From Basidiobolus meristosporus CBS 931.73 (taxonomy: Eukaryota > Fungi > Basidiobolomycota): a stretch of DNA of 64,000 bases. The notes under the pieces were generated by a model. The model had not been told where the DNA came from. It did no database searches and was given only the letters and a program-made list of their open reading frames with translations. Both the position numbers and the translations under genes were made by a program. Within the stretch, counting starts at the first letter, position 1; every line of letters starts with the position of its first letter. The stretch covers positions 1-64,000 of the forward strand of contig MCFE01000461.1 in assembly GCA_002104905.1 (NCBI GenBank), written 5' to 3'. Positions 36,332-48,326 of this stretch are shown piece after piece.

Positions 36332-37276
36332 TTACATAATATTACTGAACCGTCTGGCTTTGTCTGCTCTTAGAGATTTGGCCCGATTGCCAAGCTTCGG
36401 TGGTGGGCTCATAAACGAAAACTTCCCATTAAGTGCTACGGACAGGTCGGACTTGGTTGGTGTAGTGGGGGTGGTTGGCTGGATGGGTGAATTGGATCTT
36501 GAGGAAGTCAGTAAAGGAGTGATCAAACTACGAGAACTCGCCAATCGTCCCTCCAAGGTTTTAACTCGTTCCATGATTTCCTGAACCATAGCCACTGGGT
36601 TGTTCGCCTTCTGTGGTAAGGATGACTCAGACAGGTTGTTGAGGAGCGAGGGCTTCTTGGTGAGCTGAGGGAATGGAATCCGGGAGAGTGTCGGCGAGGG
36701 CGGTGGCAAACTTCCACCACGTGAACGAAGAATTTCCAACTCGGTTTGGAGATCTTTCAGCTCGTCTTTTAGACGCTGCACCTCCTCAATGAGCCGATTC
36801 TTGACCTCAGTCTCATGCTCCAGCTTAATCTTCCATTCGACGGCCTTGTTGAGATGCTCCTCTAAATCCTCAATACTGGTCTGAGCCCTTCTACCATAGG
36901 TTTCAAGATCATCGTTGTTCTGCTCCAGCTCCCTATTTCTCTTTTTGTACAGCTCGTAAGCCTGTCTTAGTGTATCGATTTCCTTTTGCATTGTATTGAT
37001 CGTGTGGTTGGCATCCAGCTTGGAATCCTGATACTTCTGACGCAACGAGCCCAGCTCAAGCTTCATTGTCTGATACTTGTGGTTCAACTCTCTGTTGGCC
37101 AGTTCGGAGTTGGTGAGCTCTTTCTCCAGCTCCTCTTCTAATTCCCGTGAAGACTCCTGAAAATCCTCCAGCGTCTCTCGGGTCTCGGTCAACTTGAGCT
37201 CCAGATGCAGAGATCTGTCCTTCCAGTACCTGATCTCCTCTTCGACGGAAGAAAACTCAGGAAGCTCCGAAGTCAT
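36332..37276 (-). CDS. nudE: Nuclear distribution protein NudE/NDE1 (dynein/LIS1 regulator)
   Basis: FSSVEEEIRYWK...LEDFQESSRELEEELEKEL N-terminal coiled coil, LEQNNDDLE, LIEEVQRLKDELKDL. Confidence 0.93.
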   Translation of the reverse strand: MTSELPEFSSVEEEIRYWKDRSLHLELKLTETRETLEDFQESSRELEEELEKELTNSELANRELNHKYQTMKLELGSLRQKYQDSKLDANHTINTMQKEIDTLRQAYELYKKRNRELEQNNDDLETYGRRAQTSIEDLEEHLNKAVEWKIKLEHETEVKNRLIEEVQRLKDELKDLQTELEILRSRGGSLPPPSPTLSRIPFPQLTKKPSLLNNLSESSLPQKANNPVAMVQEIMERVKTLEGRLASSRSLITPLLTSSRSNSPIQPTTPTTPTKSDLSVALNGKFSFMSPPPKLGNRAKSLRADKARRFSNIM

Positions 37277-38479
37277 CAGTGTCGGTGATTGTGCTTATCC
37301 TCGTGACTCTTTGGCAACCAGAATGTGTGTACTTGGTAACTTCTGGGAAGTGAACAGAAACACTGGCTCTAGGCTAGCGAAGGGAGGGAAGGGATAAGGG
37401 TAGAGCAAGGAACTGGACGCGGTACAAATAGAGCGTCTCGGGTGAAACCAGGGTAAAGCCCTAAGAGAGAATTGAGCAGCCCTTCGGGATGCTGGTTTTT
37501 TGTCAATGCCACCAGAAGATCACCAGTTTTTTATTCATCTCAGCTTTCATCTATCAGCATGAAATCAATGTTTCAACCGACCCGTCAAGCCTTAATTGTT
37601 ATTGTTGTGCTTGGGAAATTTACGTTTCGATCATTAGCTCGCACATCACCTACCCCTGTCGGAACGGCCATTAAAGGGCTAAGGAATCGGCCGCACCATT
37701 CCTACGGCGCAGAGCGGTCCCTTTCCAAGCCCATAAGCCAGATAGCTAGGTATGGGCCCGTACGAGATGGATTGGCACTTATGCATGTGGGTTGCGTAGA
37801 CCACCTTTTCCTCAGCCGAAGGAAACCAGATGGGGAATCTGGATAGCTAGTCGATCCGCATATCACGATGAGTGTGGGATTCTGGGAAATCCGAGACGGG
37901 TCTGTATTTGGTTAATTTGGACGTTCTGCTCGGACATGGCTGTGTTGTGGATCCAGCCTGGCTGCGTTACACAACGACCGTTACCAGTGCCCAGACGGAA
38001 GCAGAGCTATGGCTAACTTGCGGCTGTCAGTCTGAGCCTGTCGACCAGTGGAGCCTTGGACAATCAGCACCCGAGTCGTGGGATGAAATTCTATTGTGAA
38101 CATCGGTGTCATGACGGACGATGGAGCCAACAGAAGGCCGGGTGGGCTATACCGGTGTCTGGAATTCAGGGATGGCCTCTCGATTTGAATCAGTTTTAAG
38201 TACATCTCATGGGCATTGTTGATTTTCAGAGCGATTCTTTGCTGTTTCAAATAAATCTTTCAAAGATTTCAAACTTTCGTTTGATTGCTGGATCCTTATC
38301 CTAGCCCCATTGTGGCACATGCAAATCAAATGCCTTGATAGGGCTCCAAGGGATATTTTCGTCTCAAAAGGAGAGCCGCACCCCATAAATATTTCCGCCG
38401 CTCCCTTGCTTCCCGCTCATCTCGCCTTCTTCCTCAGTCACACCCGCCCTGGAGCATTCTTGTTTGGTTTCTGCTGAAG

Positions 38480-39541
38480 ATGAGAGGTTATTGTGTGCTA
38501 GCGTTGTTGCTGACCTTCACAGTCCATGCGTCCATGGTGCAAGCTCATGCTGGACATGACCACGATCACGAACCACTCGAGAGTCAGCCGATGCAAGAGG
38601 ATCACCGAGGCACCCTTGCGGCGGGAAATGTGGGACTGGCTTTTGGGCTGGCTGCGATTGGTGGGGCGTGCAGTGCTATAGGCTCGCTGCTACCTTTCCT
38701 GGACGATCTAGCGGTGAGGATGGGATGGGCATTTAGAATCACCAATTCCCCAAGCTTCTTGGCCAGATCGTTTGGGTTTTCGTCGGGCGTGTTGCTGTTT
38801 CTGACATTGGGTGACTTGTTGCCAGAGGCCGTCGAGGGATACAGGAGCTCAGGCTCGATCCCACCAAAGCATGCATCCCTCCTTGCCACCGCGGTGTTCA
38901 TCGCCGGCGTGTTGATTGTCATGGCGGCGAAAAAAGTGGCCGGCCAGCGTATGGGCCACCACCATCACAAGATCGAGGCTGACGGCCCCAGCCCCATCGC
39001 TGAGCATCAGGTGATAGAAATGAAGGAGCCCGGGAGGAGTGTGGAGCACTCTACTCAGCCGAGTATGCACGACCACGCCGACTTCAAGACGCTTGGCTGG
39101 CAGATCGCCTGCGCCCTGGCAATCCACAATTTCCCAGAGGGTTTGGCCACCTTTACCACCACGCTCGCGTCGACGAAGATTGGCGTCATGTTCGGCATCG
39201 CCCTGGCGCTCCACAAATTCCCCGAAGGCATGATGATCGTGCTGCCTATCTACTACGCAACCAATTCCCGCTGGATCAGCTTTCTTATAGCAGCAGGCGT
39301 TGGGATCAGCATCCAGCTGCTAGGCGCGCTGCTGGGGTACGTGCTGTTTGTGACCTACTGGAACCAGGCAATCAGCGCCACCTTGCTGGCTATGGCTTCG
39401 GGCGTGCTTCTGTTCACAGTGATCAATGGCATGCTCCCGCTGGCCAGAAAATACGATCCGGGAGACAGGCACGTCACCTTGTGGACCTTCCTTGGTCTAT
39501 GGTTCTTCGCCATCGTAGCAGCCCTATTTAGCTATGCGTAG
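38480..39541 (+). CDS. ZIP-family metal transporter, ZupT/GufA type, with signal-peptide-like N-terminus and His-rich segments
   Basis: TM4 AIHNFPEG, TM5 LHKFPEG, PIYYAT; HAGHDHDHE and HHHHK tracts; multiple hydrophobic helices. Confidence 0.93.
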   Translation: MRGYCVLALLLTFTVHASMVQAHAGHDHDHEPLESQPMQEDHRGTLAAGNVGLAFGLAAIGGACSAIGSLLPFLDDLAVRMGWAFRITNSPSFLARSFGFSSGVLLFLTLGDLLPEAVEGYRSSGSIPPKHASLLATAVFIAGVLIVMAAKKVAGQRMGHHHHKIEADGPSPIAEHQVIEMKEPGRSVEHSTQPSMHDHADFKTLGWQIACALAIHNFPEGLATFTTTLASTKIGVMFGIALALHKFPEGMMIVLPIYYATNSRWISFLIAAGVGISIQLLGALLGYVLFVTYWNQAISATLLAMASGVLLFTVINGMLPLARKYDPGDRHVTLWTFLGLWFFAIVAALFSYA

Positions 39542-40534
39542 TGGCGTCCTGGGCACCACTCGACGGATGCTCGCCAGGGATGTTGCCTGCTGCCAGCAGA
39601 GAGGAGACCAATACAGTGCGGTTAAAGTTCAGAGGTGTAGCCAGAAAGAAAGGGTAATAAAGACATCTGCCACACTGCATGTTCTCAACAAGCAGCCACA
39701 CCTGATGCATCCATCTAGCCTAGTGTCATCCACATCTCCGTGGCCCAGCCCACCACCATACCTCTCACTGAACCACCCAACCAATAAATTGGATGCGCGT
39801 CGGGGCGCATGCACGTTGAAACGATCCTCAACCAGAGCTGCTACATGGTTTGGCATGCAGGTGCGGTGGATGTTCGGATTGGTGTGCCCGCACACCTCAG
39901 GGACACAGGATGACAAACCTCATCGACGGGCCGCTTGGCGGTGATGGGTGTGGATGTTTGGCAAGGAATTCATGGGCTATTCAACGACGAAGTGTGGCCA
40001 TTCGAGCAGCATTGTGTAACCATCGGATCAGACAAATTCCCTGAGGGCTAGGTCGTCTCATATGGTCAGGTGCGTGGTTGTGGGCTTGGGGCACCCTATG
40101 AGCGCCGACGAAGACTCTACAGGGATCTGTCGCATCTACACAGCATGATGAAACCCTGCCGTTTCGTCAGATGTCCGCCCCGTTCTGCGCTGCCAACCCA
40201 CCCCAAACCAAATGCGATCGGCTTGCACATCCACGATCTGCCTCGCTCGTCGACCCATCTACTAATTGTTGGGCACCCATGTTCATGGCCGGATACGGGA
40301 GATCGAATATAGCTTGATAGAGATAAAAGAGCCAATCACTCGCCCCCGCGGTCGCCAGCCATCGACTATGACGTCTGTAATCTCCAGCAACCTCATCACA
40401 TTCAGGCCCAATTGAATCAATCATCAGCGACGGATAAATTAGGGAAGAGCAAACCGGGATCTAGCAAATTTTACGGACCTCATGAATGAAGGAAATTGGC
40501 GCTAAATGGGATTGTCGCATTGGGGACTGGAATT

Positions 40535-40636
40535 GGAATGGGAATGGGAATGGGAATGGGAATGGGAATGGGAATTGAAATTGGAATGGGAACAGGAATG
40601 AAAATGGCAATGGCGATGGCGATGGCGATGGCGATG
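40535..40636 (+). repeat. Compound hexamer microsatellite (GGGAAT)n followed by (GGCGAT)n
   Basis: Six GGG tracts spaced by AAT at 40540-40572; four GGCGAT units at ~40612-40635. Confidence 0.95.
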
Positions 40637-40978
40637 GGATTCACCAGAGATTTAGGTTTTGGACAGCCATCCTCATTGAACCATCCTGGGTGGTTAATTA
40701 AATGTTAAATAAATGATGCAATTCTAGGGTGTCGATGTACTAGTTCCCTACCATATTGGCGCCTGCTTCCATGTGTATTATCCTTAATGCAGATTTTTTT
40801 GGCCGGATGTTTCGTTATTGTTTTATTGGCCGTGGGCATTCCTTCTTTGTTTCCTTACCCAAAAATTCAGCTGAACCTTGGTCCCACTTCCTTACCCTTT
40901 GACTAGTTCCCGCTCCCCATTGGACATTTATTTCTTTCATCCCGGCTCATCTCCACCCCCTTTCTTCCTAAAAGCAAG

Positions 40979-41990
<1,012 letters not shown>

Positions 41991-44837
41991 ATCGCCAGCG
42001 GGGAACGTCCCGGGAGTCCCCGATGACTTGGTCGACCTTCATAGACCGTAGCCCGTTTAACAACGCACAATTTTGCAAATTTACTTCGCATCCACTTGTC
42101 TTGGACACCACGCACATCATACTTCTTAACGTTAATGCTTACCTAAATCCAATTAATACCACTTCACTCACCTGACGATCCATTCAAATGTAGATAGCCT
42201 CTTTTCATTTAAACCAGTGTGACCGACTAGATTCTAAATCTTATTAAAGCTTAAAATTCGATTTTGAAACCACGCCGTGACCACCCACCGACATTCTCTC
42301 GTCTCCGTCGCCGTGGGCTGTGGCGCGTTCTGCCAGAGCTCAGCCGTGGAGATGAGGCGAGCCTTGATGCGACCAATGCCAATGGGGGGATGCGTGCGGC
42401 AACCGAAGCTAAGGTCACCCAATGTGTAGGGGAATGATCCGACGTTGCGGGATCCATTCGACCCGTCTGTGGTTTCCGGAAGGGGCGGGGGAGATATTCC
42501 GGTAGGTTCCCAACATTATCCTTGCTCCTTTCTGCCTTTGGCAGCGCACTACCGGCCCCACTCCATCCGAATTCCCAGTTCCACGGTCAACTGGCAATAG
42601 GGCCCATTCGGCCATGGACTCTGATTGAGTGAGACAATCGGGAGACATTGAATTGATTCCAGGCCTCTGGAAAGCTCAGGCTGGACCGAAGATCCTTGAT
42701 CGCCCACCAGTGGACTGGATGGGATGTACCAGTGGGATGGGTGGAATCGGGTGGGGTGAATCTCTGCATCTTGTACCCAGCGCGATTTTCAACCACCTGT
42801 CGAACCTCGTATCAATAAACCCCATAGCAGGCCCGGTCCCAGATCCAAGAGTTACGATGCACCTCTTTTCTGGGGGGATGTCCGTTGAAACGGGTCCCGT
42901 GGCCATCCCTCGGTTCGGTGGGCGAAGGCCAATTCGGGATGCATGCGTCACCCATCGAGCAAGTGCCCTCGATGGTGGGCCAGTATTTCGATCAGAACGT
43001 CAGCAATGGCCGATCTGGCGGGGGCCCTGCGACCTCCCTGGCCCACTGGCGGCAGGCTCAAGCGGATCGCTGGCGCTGTAGGCCACAATCGGCAGGAAGG
43101 GTCCACATCTTCAGTGTTTCCCACAGTGTCTATGCAGACCAGCAGTCTGCGCTTGCATGGCTTCATCCAATCATCCCCTCCGCACACTATCTTCACAGAA
43201 ACCCTTCTCATCGTGCCGTGCCGATGCAACCCTAACCCGCATAATCGATTGCATACGGTTCTAGTGGCCAAGGCACCCAGAACAACCCAAGATTCGTTAG
43301 GGGACTGTCTATCAGTCTGGTCGGCCTAGTGGTAGACACCGACTGCCTCAGTGCGAGACACCCATCTGGTGGGAGGAACACTGAAATGATCATTCCAGAT
43401 ATGCATTGATGATCCTTCCCATCCCTGGTTGATCATGCATCCTCTTCATATGCTGGATTCCCAATGGCTGCTCAAAGCGCCAATTCCAGACAGGTATTCG
43501 TTGCCGGAGACATTAAAATCCCTCTAAGGTGCATAGATGCTGGACTCAAATCGGCCCTTTGAGGAGAGATTCATTTTAATTGACGGTTGCGACGGTTTTG
43601 CGCCGTCCACGTAGGGGGATCCATCCTCTCAAAAAGATGGGAGGGATCCGTGGATTCCATACGAATAGTGTGTGCGATGGTCGGGTTAACCCGTCCCCCT
43701 AAGACCGTCGGCGAGATCAGATCTGAGAGATTCAAATGCATCTGATATGGTGAGAAGGGATCCATTTATCCCATTTCCATCGCACCTCAGCATGCATGGC
43801 TGGGCTCCAAACTACATTGGGTTCTCATCCAAAGCGGGTGGCCAAGGGAGGGCTGATCATGTGGTCGTGCCCGATGTGTGCGTGATATGGTCGCTCAGCT
43901 ATCCTCACTGATCGCAAGGGCTGGATGCACGATCTATGAAAAACAAATCACTCTGAAACAAGCCCTACCGGAGCGAAGAGCTGTGAACCTTTCCCCAGAG
44001 GCCATTGATCCAATTCTAGACTAGTGTATCATACTCATTCTCCCTGGTAAATGAGAAAGCACAACCATGCAAGGGAATTAGACGGGTGGAAGACGCTTGA
44101 CATTGGCTTGAGGTGATATTGGGTCATCCAGCCCCACCAGTCAGAGCAGCTGGAGTCCCTGAGAGCAATGAAGCGATTAGCACCCGGAATGTAGAGCGCT
44201 ACGCATGCTGCGAAGCGATGCCCGATGGGAGTCCAGGGTAATGGCTCTTCGTCGCGAGTTGGCGTTGGTGGCTGCGGCGGAGATGGGTTCATCGCTCGCA
44301 CAGTGGCAATCGCTCCTCACTTGGACCACCGCACCCTTGGCCAGTTGGACGGCAGTAGGACCACCTGAGGGCCATTGTTCACCAATGTGGCCCTAAACGG
44401 GGATCGGCCAAAGTCCAGTTGTTGATCAATCTGGCAGGGGGCATGTGCCAGGATTTACCTCGCACAACCAACCAGGTAAGTGCAGAGATTTGTCAGCAGC
44501 TTGACCTGCCAAAAACACTCGCCAACAAGACCCCAATACTGATCTGTCCTAGATGTGAAGTCGATCATGAACCGCTGGGTGATCAGCCAACCGCGTTGTG
44601 GAATTCCTTGGTGCTGTACAATGATGATGGTGGTATTCAGTCTGGGTGTTGGGATATGAGGCGATGTGTCTTATCCCTGGATCTCGGTATCACACCGTTC
44701 AAGTATCAATGTGAAACGCAACTCTACAGCACTCCTGAAAAGATCACTACAACCAGGCGTTCAGCACCTCTACTGGCAGCCAGAGCTGCTATCCGCGTCC
44801 ATCGGCCTTCAAGAAACAGTGTCGTTTCACGTTCGCA

Positions 44838-45040
44838 GTGGGGGATTTCGTAGAATCGGATGAAATTGACCACCTCTTCGCGGGGTTTCATGATCCATGG
44901 AGCCAACGGCTCGCACCGGTTAACATTCTTCGATTTCTATCAACTCCACAATTTCCTGGATTCATGAGGGAATTGTTTCGAAAATCGTGGGTCATCTGGT
45001 CCAGATGATCTCCAGCTAGCTGTGGGTTCACTTTGCGGGG
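44838..45040. promoter_or_regulatory. Cluster of five CreA/Mig1 consensus sites (SYGGRG) upstream of creA
   Basis: GTGGGG 44838, GCGGGG 44880, CTCCAC 44944, CTCCAG 45010, GCGGGG 45035. Confidence 0.5.
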
Positions 45041-45152
45041 AGAATCGATGCCTCTGGATTGGCGTATGTATTCGTCCAGTCAACCTGCATCATTTTCTCT
45101 AGCTCCCTAGGGAGATTGAGATTTCACAGCACATCCATCTCCGTAGCCTCAT

Positions 45153-45158
45153 TATAAA
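45153..45158 (+). promoter_or_regulatory. Candidate TATA box of creA
   Basis: TATAAA ~105 bp upstream of the likely ATG at 45261, followed by a pyrimidine-rich leader. Confidence 0.5.
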
Positions 45159-45260
45159 TGGTGACGCGCGCTCGCTGGTGATGACAAGTATTTAGACCAA
45201 CTTCCTCTTGTGTGCATCCACCCTGGCCTTCTTGATAGTTGTCTCTTCACCTGTTATCCT

Positions 45261-45911
45261 ATGTCGTCCAACAGCATGTACTACTATATCTCCCAACTCG
45301 GAAAACCTGATCTTATTTCTTCTCAGAACATCATCGGCTCCACAGTTAGCCGACCACACGTTTGTAATGTCTGCCAGAAGGCCTTTAGACGCCTCGAGCA
45401 TTTGACTCGACACATCCGCACCCATACAGGCGAGAAGCCGTATTCATGTGCGTTCGAAGGGTGTGGAAAGCGGTTCTCCAGGTCAGATGAGCTGACTCGC
45501 CATGCTCGGATACACAGCAAGGGCGCTAGGCACGCTGGAAACCCCACTGGGCAAGCCTCGCCTTTCCTGGTCAGATCGCCGATGCTTCCCAACAACCTTT
45601 GCTACAGCCCCCGGTTGGCTGGCGATGGGGCTTCCTACGCTTCAGACCTCGTCTTCCAGCACGGCCACATGCCCTCTGGAAAATTCAACCTTCCATCCAT
45701 CCACCCACCAAGCCCGGTATGGTCCATCGACTCGGTCTCCACCAACTCCGACTCAGACGAGGAAATGAATCAAAGCAGCTCGCAGTGCGTACCCGCCGGC
45801 AGCCCGCCCAGCCAATTCCGTCTCAGTGACATCATGGAGCTTGCGCCCGAGAAACGGATCCTGCCACCACCAAACTTCTCCACCAAGCCTAGGCCGTTCT
45901 TCCCCTACTGA
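45261..45911 (+). CDS. creA: CreA/Mig1-type C2H2 carbon catabolite repressor (216 aa from ATG 45261)
   Basis: [55 protein letters not shown]; C-terminal LSDIME...RILPPP resembles the CreA effector motif. Confidence 0.88.
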   Translation: MSSNSMYYYISQLGKPDLISSQNIIGSTVSRPHVCNVCQKAFRRLEHLTRHIRTHTGEKPYSCAFEGCGKRFSRSDELTRHARIHSKGARHAGNPTGQASPFLVRSPMLPNNLCYSPRLAGDGASYASDLVFQHGHMPSGKFNLPSIHPPSPVWSIDSVSTNSDSDEEMNQSSSQCVPAGSPPSQFRLSDIMELAPEKRILPPPNFSTKPRPFFPY

Positions 45912-47309
45912 ATCCACCCGAGCACCCTCCCGATTTTTTGATATACCCACTCATTAGCTGTGCTTATGTATATATACATATATATATCAAGACGCTCTTG
46001 GATGGCCTGGCTATCCAAAGAATATCAAGTAATTTCAGGCAGCTCCTCTGCAGTTGGCAGCAACCAACCTAATTCCGCAGAGCTTGTGCCCTACTTCGTA
46101 ATCTAGACGGTTGAAGCATAATAAACCTCATTGGTACAATGGAATAGCATGCGGAAGCAACGGCACCTGTGTGCCATATGGAACGGATGGAATGTGCCTC
46201 GCGAGCCAGTGATCGTCCGATGCGCCAGCCCACCCAATCTGACCGAACTCTCGCTGCCCGCTTCTCGACAATCGCCTCCCATGGCAGTGCGAGACGTAAG
46301 AAGCTTAAGCTCAATCCCAATGATATGCTGCTTCTCCTTAGAATTTAGCCATGTCCTATTACGGTTAAGTTGGGATTGGAAGAGATGCGTTAAGTCCATC
46401 ATGTAACCATCGAATCATCCCCTAGCACCATATCAGGCAATTGTCCAGCAGCGATCTAGGAATAACTGATCTCCATCAGGAATTGTGAGCAATGGTGCAG
46501 GCCCAGCAGGCTACGATTGGGAGGCTCCACGCGATATGTTGGAGGCCGGCCATAGTGCAGAGCGAGAATGGATCGACTGTGGCCAGTTTTCGACTGCCGT
46601 CACAGGGGGAGGTCTCCTTTGGCTGGAAAGGCCAACCTACGCGACCGGGTCTTTGGATGTCGAGGGACACAATCCGGCGGTTTCAAGGAGATTAAATAGG
46701 AAGCGGCAGCACAAGCAACCACCCATCACGCCACCTCCATTTTAATAGAGTGGGTCTGCAGGCAGCACAGTGTTCATATTATGAACCATTGTCGTGGTCA
46801 GCTCGTGTAAGGCAGACGAAAATCGCAACCGGAAATCTTCGCTGAATTCGTCAGGACCCCTTGATTGGGAATATCTATAAATAAAATTCCCATTGGAACT
46901 GCCTTCTTTGGCTTTCAATTTGCCCATCGCGGCGCGTCTCAAGAATCCCTTCGTAGCACAATGGAGGCTTTGTCACATTCCACAGCTGCATTGGTTCCCC
47001 ATTGGGAGAGCACCATATTAGCCTTTCGGCAGTAGCCAATGGGATGGGTGTTTGACTGCATTGCCGCTACCTAACCAAGGAATATTATCAGTCAACCGTA
47101 TATCAGACTGGTGTTGACAGCGAATAAGCCAATTTTGGCCTATGCATGTTGTTTGAAGCAAGACAGATATTTTCCAATCCAGGCGTTTAAGCTTCATTGG
47201 AAGTGCATGGGCTGACCCTGGTCGCGGGCACCCTGTGGGTGTCTTTACTTATATATACTCAATACCGCACTCTGCCTAAAGACCAAACCCTTCTTTGGAC
47301 TGGTTAGTC

Positions 47310-47637
47310 ATGTCTGTCCCAAGTCTTCCCCAACACAACCGCATATATTATTGCCCTCAAGGAGACTGCCATGAATTCGAGTCGACTTGGGCCTGGTACA
47401 ATTACATCATCATTGTGCTTGTCGCTCCATTTTATTGCGTGGCTGAGCTTTGTTGCTCCACTTGCGGTCCGCGCGATCCCGGGCAAGACTCTATGAACTG
47501 GCCAGGATGCAATCCTCTTGTAAGTATCCTTCAACCACCACCCAAGCTTCCCTTGACTGACCAGACTTGTTGTATGCCAGGGCGCCAAAAAGTGCAAGAA
47601 GTGCGGTGAGCCATATCGAGACTTTGAAATGGTCTGA
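47310..47637 (+). CDS. Small spliced Cys-rich membrane protein, BRI3/LITAF-like (88 aa; exons 47310-47519 and 47581-47637)
   Basis: TATATATA near 47250; intron GTAAGT...CTGAC...CCAG (47520-47580) in phase 0. Product YYCPQGDCH...YIIIVLVAPFYCVAELCC...GAKKCKKCGEPY has a hydrophobic segment between a CPxGxxH motif and a CxxCG motif. Confidence 0.7.
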
Positions 47638-48326
47638 CGATGTAAAGAGACCTATCCACTACACGTGCTTTTCAAGTTTGTAATATACATGGCGTCCGCT
47701 CCCCCTCCCTAATAAACTCCCGCACCCAAGCCGTAGTCAATAGTGGAAGCGACTAGTTCAGCCAATGTGATTGATTCACTGACCACCCCTTCCCATGGCC
47801 TATTGGTGTGCTTCCTGGCGAAGCTGATTACCTACCCACCCCACTCTTTGTTTTTTGCAGTTACCAGTCGTAATCACGCGGGTCCCTCGTTAGCGGTTTA
47901 ATTGCGCAATCTGTTCGCGCCGGGCGTGGAACGGTGCGGTTACCCAAGACCACGAGGATCATTGGCTCAAAAAACTGTACAGCACTCACAACCATCACCT
48001 CAACAATAAATCCTCCTACATGAAGTGATTCTTGAAACGAATGATGGCTGCAGGACACCAGTCTAGTGTTGCATATCTAAATCATTGTCCAGTGTCGCGC
48101 TGCATCGCTAGTTTCTAAACGCCCCTATTGTTCCCCCCACTCCCACAAATTGCCTCCAGATCATCTCGCCGCTGCCTCCTCGTCCCCCTCCTCCCCACAA
48201 ATGAAATACCCACAATGCACTGTACACACATATTTGATATTTTTATATGATTGGTTAGAATAATCCTCACTATACTAACTAAGCTTCGCCGTGGGAATGG
48301 ATCAGGTCACCTGCATTGAGATGGCA

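Noticed and set aside
40496-40708. ORF encoding MGMGMG.../MAMAMA...
   Set aside because: It is a translation of the hexamer microsatellite with no other coding evidence.
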